Shown: positions 26,032 to 38,966, counted from the stretch's first letter. The stretch is 64,000 nucleotides of DNA from Octopus sinensis (GCF_006345805.1 NC_043007.1:8432001-8496000), one strand, 5' to 3'. The notes: generated by a model not told the origin, from the sequence alone. Program-made: numbers and translations.

Positions 26032-26106
26032 TATATATTTTTTTTTCTCTGACTAATTAAATAATCCTTATGATGATGTAATTTCATTGCTGTTTCTATT
26101 TTCCAG

Positions 26107-26200
26107 GGTGATGACTGACAAAATGATCCTTATTGCCATAATCTTGGTTGAATTAGCAGCCTTAGGTGGAGTGGTTTACTACAAATATTTCAGAAAGTAA
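26107..26200 (+). CDS. VTI1B: VTI1B exon 7, C-terminal transmembrane anchor (VMTDKMILIAIILVELAALGGVVYYKYFRK*)
   Basis: Acceptor TTTCTATTTTCCAG, 94 nt to TAA. The tail ELA.LGG.VYYK.F is typical of VTI1B rather than VTI1A. Total CDS 654 nt = 217 aa + stop. Confidence 0.95.
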
Positions 26201-26247
26201 ATCCAATTCCGTTTGTAAATCTCTCCATTATTGTTGTTACAATAATC

Positions 26248-26271
26248 AATAAAAATAAATAAATAAATAAA
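26248..26271 (+). terminator. Clustered AATAAA polyadenylation signals of VTI1B
   Basis: Several overlapping AATAAA hexamers 48-70 nt after the stop codon. Cleavage site not verifiable from sequence alone. Confidence 0.5.
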
Positions 26272-27573
26272 AAGAGGTAACCAACATATTTATATTATCA
26301 TGTAACAACAACAACAACAGCAATTACACATTCTGAACTAATTATTTTCGCAAACCATCTCTGTAATAATTAAAAATGATTTTTCAAACAAATATTCTCT
26401 TGTTAAAGTAAATGCGGTTAAGACTGGATGAGAAGGGTCAGATGGGTTTTGTGGGCTGGTGGAAGTTATCTCCACTTTGGTTGCACCTGGCAACGCTCCT
26501 GGCTTCGACCCGACAGAGACGACAATGCGTTTGCTGCTTTAAGCATCAGACACCAACATTCCTTCCCAGGTTGAAACTGAAGCCAAAAGTCTGAGAAATC
26601 TTTTGAGCCAAGAACATTTTTATTTATTCCTTCAATTTGTTTATCTTCAATGATTTGAATCAACATTTTAACTGTCATAAAACCATAAAAGATATAAATC
26701 AGGTGAGAGAGGGTGCCTCTACATGGTCTCTTGACCTGTTAGAAATAACAACCAAATCTCCCTCAAATTACACCCTGGTGTCTTAAAGAAAGGATGAATG
26801 AATATGTTAACTAATATAGTCAGTCCTAGACATATTCCTGGCCCCTCCCCCATGAAAAAAAAATGCCTTTGATTGTTAGTCTACTTGTTGAAGGTAGACC
26901 TAGAGTTACAACAACAACAACATGAACGTCTACAGACAGAAATATCAACAAATGCTTTCTATTTTTTTTTTTTTTTTATAAAGTGATAATCTTCTCTTCT
27001 GTTAATTCCCTTTTTTGGAATGAAGATGGGCCATTGTCCTTTGTTCTTGGAACAGAATCCTGTATTTTGGTTGGTCTCTTAAAACTGGCTCCAGATTTAT
27101 GTCATCAACAACTCATTTTCTCTGTCTGTTTGTCTACCTATTATCTATCAATTTATCATGGATCTCTCTCTCTGCATCTGTCTTTCTATCTATCTATCTG
27201 TCTGTCTGTCTGTCTGTCTACCTATGTCCATCACAATGAGATTCTTAACTGGAGATGTAATATAAACTTTTAAATCTTTGAAATATTATAAAAAGTAAAT
27301 AAATTTAATATATATATATAAAAAAACGTGTCTTTTTTTTTCCCCCTCAAATAATTGATTTTCTTCTCCATTTGTCTGTTATTGTCGCATCACCAACCTG
27401 GAAGCATTAAAGAGTTGTGCCAAAGGTGCCCACTCGTCTACAGTGGAGCAAATCAGTGAAATGACAGAATGGTCAGACAGAATTGGCTAGAACTGTCTGC
27501 GATGTTGCTGCCTTGACTCACTGTACTTTGAGTTCAAATCCTGCCTAAATTAACTTCACTTCTTTAGACTCAA

Positions 27574-27862
27574 GGGGTGGCTGTGTGGTAAGAAGCTTGC
27601 CCCCCGACCACGTGGTCCTTGGTTCAGACTCATTGCATGGCACCTTGGGTAAGTGTCTTCTCCTAAAGCCCTGGGCTGACCAAAGTCTTGTGAGTGTATT
27701 TGGTAGATGGAAACTGAAAGAAGCCCATTGTATCTGTATATGAAGCAGTTCAGTAAAAGAGACTGATGGAATAAGGACGACACTTCAAAAACTATTGGTT
27801 CTGGAGAACCTACAAGGTGATGCCCAAGCATGGCCCTGCCCCAATGACTGAAACAAGTAAAG
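27574..27862 (+). mobile_element. OK-like tRNA SINE between the two genes' 3' ends
   Basis: GGGGTGGCTGTGTGGTAAGAAGCTTGC head through ATGACTGAAACAAGTAAA tail, internally deleted. Confidence 0.75.
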
Positions 27863-29962
27863 GATTCCCTTTTGGGAGTCTATAAATAGAACAGCAATCC
27901 AAGGTAGCGGATTGATGGGATTATGTCATTAAAACAAAAGATAAAAGAAATCTGTGATTCAGAATGAAAAATACAACAAAATCAGAAATAATTTGGATGA
28001 GAAGGAAATGATTTATTTAAAAATCCCAAAACTTTATTCAGTCTTTTATCAGGGCCCAGAGTATGTGTTGGGGTATTGCAGAGCAAGAGGCTGGTGGTTC
28101 ATATCTTGGCATCAGCTGTAAACTGCAGCAGTTTCTCTAAAAAAAAAAAGATCCAAAAAAACCAATGAGTATTTTGTTATCTTAATTGTTTGGATGTCTT
28201 TCCATCCTGTAAAAGCTGAGCAATCAACCAGAAACCAGTCCATCGTATTTCTTCCTTGGATGACCCCAATGCAACAACAAAGTTACAAGACACACCCACT
28301 CGTTGCCATGTTTCTCATGCTGCCTTTGTTTCAATTAATTATGGAAATAACGAAGAATTTTGTCAAATAACTTTGTCGTTTTTGATCTGGTTGTGAGGTG
28401 GCAGAGTCGTTAGCACACCTGACGAAGTGCTTAGCAGCCCTGCTTCTGGTTTTACATTCTGAGTTCAAATTCTGGCAAGGCCATTCGGGGTCAATGAAAT
28501 AAGGATCAGTTGAGCACTGGCCATTGATGTGAGGGATTAATTCCCTCCCCACAAATTCCAGGCCTTGTGTCATGAGCAGAGATGTAATTAACTAGCCACC
28601 CCTCCCCTCACTCTACCCCCAAACTGCTGGCCTTGTGCCAAAATTTGAAATCAATATTTCCTATGGCTGTGGTGGAAACAAACAAGAGATTAAGATTACT
28701 GAATGAAATATGTTGTAATCTTTAGTTTGTCCCTCTCAGTCCCGAGTTCAAATCCTACTTGGAATGTTTCCTTGGTTTGATAAACCCAGTCCCAGTGATG
28801 TAATGGGGGTCAGTTATAGTAACTGTTCCATTTCATCAACATCATTGAATATCTGTGTTCCATGCTGGCATGGATTGGATGGTTCGACAGGATCAAATGG
28901 ATCACCAACAGTGTTTTACATCTGCTTTTCCATGCTGGCATGGGTTAGACAGTTTTGTTTTCTAAGGCAGTGTTTTATGAGTGGATGCCTTATCCTTTCA
29001 CCAACCTTTCAGTTGTTACTTATAATGTGCCATACACAAAGTGTATCTGTTCCCAAACCAGTGTATACATGATAGAATAATTCAAAATGAATGTTGATAT
29101 ATATATATATATATATCAGAAGTAATTAAGATTCAGTTGAATTAGGTAATTAAGATGAGGCACCAAGTCAGTCTGGTATTATCTGCACAGCTCGAAGTAA
29201 GGTGAATAAAATGAAAATAAGTAACAGGATTTCAAGTAGTGATGCAGTACGACCATTTCAAGCAGCTCCATTTAATTGAACAATGCAATCATTACTTTAA
29301 TCTAAATACAGCGCTATCTTCAGCTGTACAAATATGGATTTTCAACAGGCAAGATATATTAATATAATTTTTCTTAAATATTTTAACAGAGCAAGAAGAT
29401 GGAAGAAATTCAAGTTGTCACTATTGTAGCAAGAATAGCTGAGATAATAATAGACTACAATTTTTAGAATGGTATGGAACACAGTGGGGGTCATAGGGTT
29501 GTAATTCATTTCTAATTTATCTATATCATCAACAAAAATCTAAGACTAAAAGACTGTGTATATTTAGAATAAAGAACTCTAATGAGAGAATTTGGTAGAC
29601 AGAAATTGAAAGATGCCTGTCGTGTATGTTTGTCCCACACCACTACTTGACAACCAGTGTTGGTTCAGTGATGTCCCTGCAAGATACCAGTTTGGCAAAA
29701 GAGAATGATAGAATGAGTTCTAAAAAGAAGTATTGGATTTAAGTTGTTTAATTAAACCCTTCAAGATAGTGCCCCAGCATGGCCACAGTCCAATGACTGA
29801 GACAAGTAAAAGATGAGAGATAAATAAAAATAAAAGTGAAAAATCAATGCTTTGTAGTTTTTCTTTTTTCTTTTTTTGATTGAAGCAAAATCTAAGTTTA
29901 TCAAACCTGAGATATGTGAAATTTCAGTTAGGGGCTGCCACAGAAATCTCGGTTAGGGGCTG

Positions 29963-30087
29963 TTACAAAATCAGTTGATCATCGACCACTATTTGTGAAA
30001 GGAAGTCTTTGTAATGAATAGTCTCTGAATCTGGTTCTGCTGCTGCAGAGAACATCTCTGCCAATTCATCCGGTTCAAAAGCTTCAC
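29963..30087 (-). CDS. EFCAB2: EFCAB2/DRC8 exon 6 (GEAFEPDELAEMFSAAAEPDSETIHYKDFLSQIVVDDQLIL*)
   Basis: Acceptor TTTCTTTTCCAG, 125 nt to TAA. Aligns with the recalled DRC8 C-terminus GEPFSQEEMEEMLSAAIDPES..I.YKDY. Total CDS 516 nt = 171 aa + stop. Confidence 0.93.
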
Positions 30088-31171
30088 CTGGAAAAGAAAC
30101 AAAAAAAAAAAAAGATAAGGAAAAAATTTGACAAATTTCTTTAACCTCTTTGTTACCAAGTTTCTGTTGACAAACACTGCCTTTCTTTCAATTAGTTTTG
30201 AAAATAATAAAAACTTAATTAAAATAGCTTTGTCATAATTAAGCTGGTGTTTGGAAGATCACTTTAAAACAGAAAGTTTGTATCAGAGGACCAAGTTGTT
30301 GGGTAGGTCCAGACAGGTTCATGGGTGTGGGAACAGAGTGTGCAGGGGTTGCAAGCATACCTTCTAAAAGTCTTGGGGTGTGTAAAATTGAAATTTGGAA
30401 CCCTAATTACTTTTCTCTTGTTTAGAAAACAAAGCATAAAAAGTAGCTTAAAGTCAAGTTTCTTCTCAAAGAACAAAGAACAAAAATAAATAAAACAAGA
30501 CCTTGTTTGTAAAAAAAATTTGGACCTGGGTTTGAACCCTTTAAGCAAATTTTACTCCCGAGCCAGTGGCCAAGTTTTGGTATTGAATTTGTTAAAGGAG
30601 AAAGAGAGAGAAAAAGAATTATATATTTTTCATCATTAGCATCAGGTTTCATTCTAATCATCTTCATTGGTTTAACATTTACTTTGCTATGCTTGACTTG
30701 GTCAGACAAGATCGGTTGAGGGAGGTTTTCTATGGTTGGTTGCTTCTCTTATCACCAACCTACATGATTACAAGCACTTATATAACTGTGGCGCTTGTTG
30801 TTGCATCGACTGCTTGGTGTCAAGGGAAGGAGACACAAGGACACACATGTAATTAAATATTAATATATATGACGGACTCTCCCGTCAAAGATGATGAAAT
30901 GAATGTTCAGCTTTTGTTGTTGAACGAGCTGCACAAATGACTGGTTTCTAGAGATCAGGATGTATGTGTTGTACATTATGTCCTTCCCCTCCATCCAATC
31001 AACATTACCTGAACAGGTACACAGTGTACCATGCATCAGGTGTCAAACTGACCACAGAGCAACGTGAGATGAGGTGCTTTGCTCAAGAACACAATGCACC
31101 ACTCGGCCGAGGAACTGAAACCGTGACCTCGTGATCATCAGTGCAACACAATAACCACTTGGCCATGCATC

Positions 31172-31230
<59 letters not shown>

Positions 31231-32321
31231 ACCTAGGTTGTACAGACACAAAACATGGCAAATTTAAACTCTTTCTCTGAAGATTGTCAAAATGAAGAGC
31301 CTTAATTGATTTTTGACCCCTACAGGTGTCCCATGAGAGGTTTCTACATCACTTGACCAATCCCAGTGAACAATCTAGATGGGACGAGGTAAAGGAAGTA
31401 GGAACTGTTGGGTACAATGACATCAAGGAGTGGCACAGGGGGGGGGAGGTGCTACCAACAAAGGGACAAGAGGAGATAATATATACATGTGTGAACAGGG
31501 TTACAGTTTTGGGGAGTTAGATTATGATTGGGAATTACTATCAAATTACATATGGCAGGCTACAGGCAGAAACTGGTTTTGATACGTCAGAGGGATCGGG
31601 TTTTAAAAGGTAGAAAATGGGGCTGTTTGTAAGTGGGGCATATGGTCCCATTTCCATTATCATATTTTTAATTTTTTAATTCTTATATGTCCCCACGTGT
31701 CTTGTATTGTCCCGTCTGTGTGCGCCCCTTGTGAGCAATAAAAAATCAAATTTATTTTTATAAACAATAAATCTAGGAACTTTAAAGAACTGGGGTTCCT
31801 AATTTGCATGCAACATGTCTGGAACACTATTTAGTATCAGCAGCATCTCAAGAGGAGGTTCATGTATGATGCAATATATATATAAGCCAAGGAGCAGATA
31901 CATATAAAAAGGGCAAATTTCAAAATTTCTCTAGAAATTGTGGAACAACTTTAATCGATGTTTCCACCTTATTAGGTTCTCATCAGCAGCATTTACAGCA
32001 GTTGACCAATCCCCAAAGTCAATGAATCCAGGAGCTACAAAGAACTGGGGCCGCTAATTTGCATACCATTTGTGTTTGATCCTTTATTTAACATCAGAGG
32101 CCTGTCAGTGGGGATTTCAGTCCCCACAGATTCAAGGTATGCCATGTGATACATGGAAATCAACATAGGAGACACACAGACATTGCAAAACTGTTTATAC
32201 AATACAACAGGCTTTTCTACTAAGTCTAAGAACGAATTTTATACATTTCATCTTTTCTTATTCCAAATCTTCAACAATGCATGCGTCAGTGTATTTGTGC
32301 ATGGATCAATGTGTGTATACA

Positions 32322-32378
32322 CGTACATACATACATACATACATACATATGTATGTATACATATACATATACATATAC

Positions 32379-32410
<32 letters not shown>

Positions 32411-32481
32411 ATGTATGTATGTATATGTATGTGTATATATATGTATATAAATATATGTATATACGTATATATATATGTATG

Positions 32482-32524
<43 letters not shown>

Positions 32525-32680
32525 CTAAAAAATGGAACAAGAACACAAGAGATAATAATAAAACAACCAGATGGATAGACGATGCATGGATATATATACA
32601 CACATACAAACACATATATACACATACACATATGTACACACACAGATGTACACATACACACACATACATATGTGAGTGTG
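32322..32680. repeat. Compound (TACA)n/(TA)n/(CA)n microsatellite
   Basis: Direct reading of the sequence. Confidence 0.9.
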
Positions 32681-32981
32681 TGTGCTTGTTTCCAGGTGTT
32701 TCTATTATTTTACCTGTCTACTGATTGTCATGATGTATTTTTGTTCTACACAAAGCATTCCTGCTAATTTCGAATGTTTACCTACAGAACGTCTGACCAT
32801 ACAATTTGCATAACTCTAGAAATTATGAACATTTTAAAATTTTCTTTTCTCTAAAATAATTCCAGTTTGAGGAATAAACACGTCCTCAATAATTCTCAAC
32901 ATCTGTTTTGTATTCAATTGAGACAAAGGCTAACGTAATCAATCCGATGTTTGGCAGGTGAGTGTTTTTAAACGGGTGAAC

Positions 32982-33012
<31 letters not shown>

Positions 33013-34262
33013 ATTTGGATGTGTGTGTATACATCCGTGAGTTTGGGTCTACTTCTAGGTACATGTTTTTACCTGTAACATTGTACACTCACACACATAC
33101 ACATTTATATTTATATATTTATACATGTGTATATGTGTACATATGTATATGTACGAGTGTGTGCACTTATATATACATACACACACATATACTTACCTCC
33201 TCCTCCTCCTCCCCCATCATCATCATTTAACGTCCGTTTTGCATGCTGTCATGGGTTGGACAGTTTAACAGGCTTCAGTGAGCTGCAGAGCTATGTCGGG
33301 CCCCAGTGTCAGCTTTGGAAATGGTCCCTATGTCTGGATTTCCTTCCTATATAGCTGTGTGTACATCCTTAAATATGTTCACAAATGCACGTGTGTGTGT
33401 GTGTGTGTGTACGTATGAACAAATATGAGGGTGTGACTATATGTTTGTGTGTGTGAAGTATCAACCGTGTGTGCAATCTGGAATGTGTTTGTCTCTGCTC
33501 ATAGTTGAGCAACCAGTATTTAAGCTGATCCTGGACTGGGCTTGATCAGTGAGAAGACTTGCAATTATTCCAAGGGCAGATGAGCTCCTCGAGAGCTGAC
33601 AGCACCTCTGTTCTAAGGAAGAGATGGGCACCACCTGCTGACATGGCCGATGACAGTACTGTCTGATTGGTACTCATGCCAGTGGAACGTTAAAAGCACC
33701 ACCTGAGCGATATCATTGCCAGGGCCGCTGACCGGTTCCTGTGCTGGGGGCATGTAAAAAGCACCATTTAAGCGTGATTGCTGCCAGTGTTGCCTTACTG
33801 GCCCTCTTGCTGGTGGCATGTAAAGAGCACCCACTACACTCTCGGAGTGATTGGCATTAGGAAGGGCGTCCAGCTGTAGAAACACTGCCAGATCAGATTG
33901 GAGCCTGGTGCACCCTTCTGGCTTGCCAGTCCTCAGTCAAACCGTCCAACCCATGCCAGCATGGAAAACGGATGTTAAACAATGACAATGATGATGATGT
34001 ATGAAATACATGAATGGAAGTTATACCAATATTTTAATTCTATATGAAGCTGGTTCGAGGCCCAGGTTCCCAAAGGAAGATCAAAGCTGAGTGAGTTGGA
34101 AAAGTTTGGTAAGATAAGTGAGGAGCATTAATGGCAGAAACGATATGAGAATTGCTTGAGTTGGATAATCTCAGATCTTTGGCATTTATCAGATTTTACA
34201 GAATCAGGGAAATAGAGCCATCTTCCAAAGATGATTCTGTTGCAAGTTTTTGCTTAGATTAC

Positions 34263-34372
34263 CTTCTTCTGTGAGGTATTTTGTCAACTCTTCCTTGGTG
34301 AGATAACCTTTTTCATCAGAATCCAGCTTCTGGAATGCTTTAAGAAGAATGTCTTCAGATGCTGGTTTAAAT
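34263..34372 (-). CDS. EFCAB2: EFCAB2/DRC8 exon 5 (RFKPASEDILLKAFQKLDSDEKGYLTKEELTKYLTEEG)
   Basis: Acceptor TTTTTTGCAATTCTAG, 110 nt, donor GTAATC. EF-hand loop DSDEKGYLTKEE. Confidence 0.94.
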
Positions 34373-34484
34373 CTAGAATTGCAAAAAAATAAGCCAGAGA
34401 TAAATTCTACAAGATTCTGTTGATTTGTAAATTTTTTTCAGAAATTCAAAGAAGTAAATTCTTAAATTAAACAAAAGTCTCTAC

Positions 34485-34564
34485 CTGTGTTCAAGAACTG
34501 CTCTGACCATTGCTGGACGGAATCTTTCAAGCCTTATATGACCTGTTGGTTCTTCATCTTCAAC
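34485..34564 (-). CDS. EFCAB2: EFCAB2/DRC8 exon 4 (VEDEEPTGHIRLERFRPAMVRAVLEHR)
   Basis: Acceptor CTGTTTGTTTTAG, 80 nt, donor GTAGAG. VE.EEPTG.IR.E.F.P.M motif. Confidence 0.94.
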
Positions 34565-35617
34565 CTAAAACAAACAGATTGCATTTATTGATCTCAATTC
34601 AAAATTCAGTTATCAACAAATAGTTTGAGCCCTGATTTCTAACGTAGCCAAAGGACCCACTCTGATATGCCGTCACCAATGTCTCTACCTTCTTTCCAGA
34701 TAATCCCGCTCACTCCTACAAGAGGGTGGGGCTGAAAAAGCACCATTCAAGTATGGTCAATGCCAGTGCTGTCTGACTAGTCCCCATGCTGGTGACACAC
34801 AAAAAAAGCACCCACTACACTCATAAAGTGGTTGGCGTTAGGAAGGGAATCCAGCTGTAGAAACCTTGCAAGATCAGACTGGAGCCTGGTGCAGCCTCCA
34901 GGCTTGCCAGTCCTCAGTCAAACCATCCAACCCATGCCAGCATGTGATGCAGATATTAAATGATGATGATGATGATGATGATGATGATTGAAGTGGTCCT
35001 TCAGTTTTTCTAAAGCCTGTAAAATAACACAGAAGGTAGGGCCTCCAGCCTGGCCCTTCACAATACCCTTAAAGCCAAAAACTTTTCAACATCCCCTCGT
35101 ATAGCCTTATATCTCTTCTAAAGCAAAACATCCGTACCTGCTCCTCTATCCCCCCCCCTCAACACTTGGCATAACGCTGCCTCCCCTTCTGTTACAACCC
35201 CACCCAGTTGAAGAGGTCTTGTTGTTGTTGTTGTTGTTGTCTTGCAAGTTACTTGGTGATATCCTTAGTGCTGATGCCATGAAAAAAAGGATCCAGTCCG
35301 CTCTGAGAAGTGGTTGGCATTAAGGAAGGAGATCCAACCATAGCAAACTATGCCAAAGCAGACACTGGAACCCACCCCAGTCCCCTGGTTCAGTGCATCT
35401 GGTCAACCGTCCTATTCCAGGCCAGTATAGAAATTAAATTACCATGGTGGTGATGATGATGATGACATAGGTGTCAAATATTTTGGCAGAGGCAACCAAG
35501 ACTGACCCCAGGGCCGTTAATTTATCTTAACTAATCCTGGATTCGACGAATGTTTTAAACGTGCATGAAGTTCCGTACGTTACCTTAAAACTTAATTATA
35601 TTTAATATATACGTTAC

Positions 35618-35690
35618 CTGGGTGATAAATTCACTGAGTTCCGCTTCAGATGGACAACAAAACAACGAGCGAATGATGGTGCCCACCTCT
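35618..35690 (-). CDS. EFCAB2: EFCAB2/DRC8 exon 3 (EVGTIIRSLFCCPSEAELSEFITQ)
   Basis: Acceptor TTTCCTGCAG, 73 nt, donor GTAACG. GTIIRSL.CCP.E.EL signature. Confidence 0.95.
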
Positions 35691-37134
35691 CTGCAGGAAA
35701 CAGAAAGGAAACATCCATATTTCGGTTGTGTATAAAACAAAACATTTATAAATAACACCTTATGAATAACAACCATACTGAAGGGCAAACATTTACAAAG
35801 TGGGGCCCACAGGGCCTAAGGGTCCACAGGGCCTAAGGGTCCACAAATAGGATAAAGATCTGTGAGCAGTGTTTAACATTTAAAAAAATTGCTGTACAAA
35901 TTGTATAAAGAATCATGATTTTGTGAGCTCAGCCTCCCCAGTTCCCAATCCATTTCCCTAAATGCTCTCCCCTGTAACGTAGGGCATATGGCCCCTGCTC
36001 ACTTCCTGTCACATCTTCATCATCTTCTTCCTTCTTCACCTGTGGGAACCGTGTTTTTCTTCTAATGCAAAGACCCTTTTTCTGCCCATCAATGCTACAC
36101 CACTCCTCCTACCCCCACCCCCTAATCGTGGTGGGGTGGTGTCTTCTCCTGAAAGTTACTTGGTGACTTCATTACTGCTTGTATGATGTAAAAAACACCC
36201 AGCACACCCTAAAGAGGTTGGCATTAGGAAGGGCACCCAGTTATAGAAACCCTGCCAAAAGGGACAGCAGAGGTTGGTCTTGGTGAAGTCTTCTGGCTTG
36301 CCACTTCCCACCGAGTCATCCAACCCATGCCAGCATGGAAAGCAGATGTTAAATGATGATGATGATGATGATGATGATGACTTAGTTAATTATTCAGTTA
36401 GACGTATCTTTAAATGTTGGGCTGCAGACATAACCCATGTCCCAGTTTAATAGCACCACCAGGTCCCCTCGAGTGCCTCTTGTCAGCATTCCGGTCATGA
36501 ATTGAAGATTGAAGATAGCTTCCTTCCTTCTTTCCTTCCTTCCTTCCTCCCCTCTTGTTTGCTTTAGAGGCCCTGTAAAAGGGTCAAGGGGCTTAATCTA
36601 ACTAAACAGTAATATAAAATTTCAAAAGACAAAACTGGGGAAACGAATTTATTGTTAATTAATAAAACCAGCTTCAAAAACTCTGACAAAATTTATTTAA
36701 ATAAAAAAATGGAGTCTCCTTGGTAGCAGGAAGGTTGACAGCCGCTGCTTTAAGATTTAACATTTTAGCATTTAAACTGACCACATCATCATCATCATCA
36801 TCCTGGCTGAAATATTCTATCTGATTTTTGTTCAAACCAGTCAGATCCAGCCTCTCACACCTACCCTACAATGTCATTCTAGAAATAAACAATTGCATCA
36901 TTGAAATCTTGAAGCTATGAGATAATGTTTAAGTCAAAACAATGAAGATAAATAACTGTTATGTATAACAGAGTAACCGTTCAGTTATTTAATTTGCTGA
37001 CAGAGAGGAGAGCCTATTTGTGGTCACTTGACTTGCCAGAAATAGCAGCCAAATTATTTGTAAAGTTTATTGTAATCCTCCAAAACTGACACTTAATCTC
37101 GTCTGTCATTGTTTTTTTTTTTTTAGTTTCTTAC

Positions 37135-37219
37135 CGCATGTCGACTGTTCCGTTTGATTCATAGTCAAAGACATCAAATGCTTCCGTGACCCTCTTCTCC
37201 AACTCAGCCACAAGGTTTT
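37135..37219 (-). CDS. EFCAB2: EFCAB2/DRC8 exon 2 (ENLVAELEKRVTEAFDVFDYESNGTVDMR)
   Basis: Acceptor GTTCTGTTGTAG, 85 nt, donor GTAAGA. EF-hand 1 EAFDVFDYESNGTVDMRE. Confidence 0.95.
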
Positions 37220-37274
37220 CTACAACAGAACAACAAACCAAAAATGAAACTCATCCTATACATACTTCATTTAT

Positions 37275-37660
37275 GTTTGCTTCCCAACCACATGGTTCCA
37301 GGTTCAGTCCCACTGTGTGGCACCTTGGGCAAGTGTCTTCTACTATAGCCTTGGGCTGACCAAAGCCTTGTGAGTAGATTTGGTAGATGGAAACTGAAAG
37401 AAGCCTGTTGTATGTGTGTGTGTGTGTGTGTGCATGTGTGTGAGTGTGTATCTTTGTGTATGTTTGTCCCCCATCATCACTACATGACAACTGGTATTGG
37501 TGTCTATGTCCCCGTAACTTAGCAGTTTGGCAAAAGGGACAGCTAGAATAAGTGCTAGGCTTTAAAAAATTAGTCCTAAGGTCATTTTGCTCAATTAAAA
37601 CCCTTCAAGGTGGTGCTCCAGCATGACCACAGTAAAATGACTGAAACAAATAAAAGAATA
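37275..37660 (+). mobile_element. OK-like tRNA SINE, EFCAB2 intron 1
   Basis: Head slightly truncated; body, (TG)n and GACTGAAACAAATAAAAG tail present. Confidence 0.8.
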
Positions 37661-37867
37661 TATATATATATATATTGTTGTATTTCGGAATGGTCATTTT
37701 GCCAGTTTAGCCAATAAAAACTATATATTTGGTGTTACTTTGCTTCAGCGTTATTTATTTTTTACATTAAACTTAATCTTATTTCGGCCAGAGTTCTTTT
37801 GCGACACATGCATGTATGTATATATCATCACCATTGTTGTTGTTGCACTCACACACACACAGACATG

Positions 37868-38193
37868 CATAATTGTTAAAGAGGAGAAGAAATGTTAAGG
37901 CAAGACAAACATCTCAAGACAAATAAATTATTATTATTGGCAAAATTCAAAGTATTACAGCTATTTCTGGGATATCCCAAAGTCTGGGATATTCTGTCCC
38001 ATTCCATCTCAAAAAACTTTTCTCCTACAATTCCTTAGCAAAACAAACAATCCACCCTGATGACAGAATATCCCAGACTTTGGGGTATCCAAGAAACAGC
38101 TGTAAAGACTTTGAATTTTGCCAATAATAATAATTTATTTGTCTTGAGATGTTTGTCTTGCCTTAACATTTCTTCTCCTCTTTAACAATTATG
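37868..38193. mobile_element. Foldback/MITE-like element with ~131-bp inverted arms
   Basis: Left arm 37868-37998 (CATAATTGTTAAAGAGGAG...GGGATATTCTGTC) is the near-perfect reverse complement of the right arm 38062-38193; spacer 63 bp. Confidence 0.85.
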
Positions 38194-38404
38194 TATTCGC
38201 TCTATCAGAAATCTGCAATGGCTCTATAACTACCATCTCGGCTATAACAGTGGAGCCCTGGTAATCTGTTACAGCACTTACCTAGCGTACCTAATCGTTT
38301 AGATCACCTGTGAACCAAACCCCAATATTTTGCACACACACACACACACATTGTTAAAAGCACGTCCAAACATGGGTTGTAACCGGCCCACTTATGAGTG
38401 CCTC

Positions 38405-38966
38405 TCATTCATTGGACAATGAACTTTGCTTGCGAAGACCTATTGAGGTAAGTGCAAACAAATCAAAATCATTGACGTGGCTGATGACAGTGCCACCTGA
38501 TTGGCACTTGTGCCAGTGGAACGTTAAAAGCACATCCGAGTGTGATCGTTGCCAGGGCGGCTGACTGGCTCCCGTGCCGGTGACATGTGAAAAGCACCAT
38601 TCGAGCATGATTGTTGCCAGTGCCGCCTTATTGGCACATGTGCTGGTGGCACGTGAAAAACAACATTCTAGTGTGGTCGTTGCCAGTGCCACCGGACTGG
38701 CTCCCGTGAAGGTAGCACATAAAAAACACCTTTTGAGCATGGCTGTTGCCAGAACTGCCTGACTGGCGCTCATGCCTGTGGCATGTAGAAGCACCCACTA
38801 CACTCTCGGAGCGGTTGACATTAGGAAGGGCATCCAGCTGTAGAAACTTTGCCACATCCGATTGGAGCCTGGTGCAGCCTTCAGGCTCACCAGTTCTCAG
38901 TCAAACTGTCCAACCCATGCCAGCATGGAAAGCGGACGTTAAACGATGAGGATGATGATGATGATG
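38405..38966 (+). mobile_element. Longest copy of the (GAT)n-tailed repeat, with about five diverged ~65-bp internal subunits
   Basis: AAAAGCAC-like anchors near 38524, 38589, 38656, 38719 and 38788; 3' end CCAACCCATGCCAGCATGGAAAGCGGACGTTAAACGATGAGGATGATGATG. Confidence 0.8.

Noticed and set aside
26412-26678. GC-richer ORFs just after VTI1B
   Set aside because: No homology recognised in any frame; more likely 3' UTR or intergenic sequence.
32153-33354. ORFs rich in YI/CV/HT repeats, and similar ORFs at 43117-43763, 49326-50421, 54285-54989 and 57839-58918
   Set aside because: They are translations of microsatellites and low-complexity tracts.
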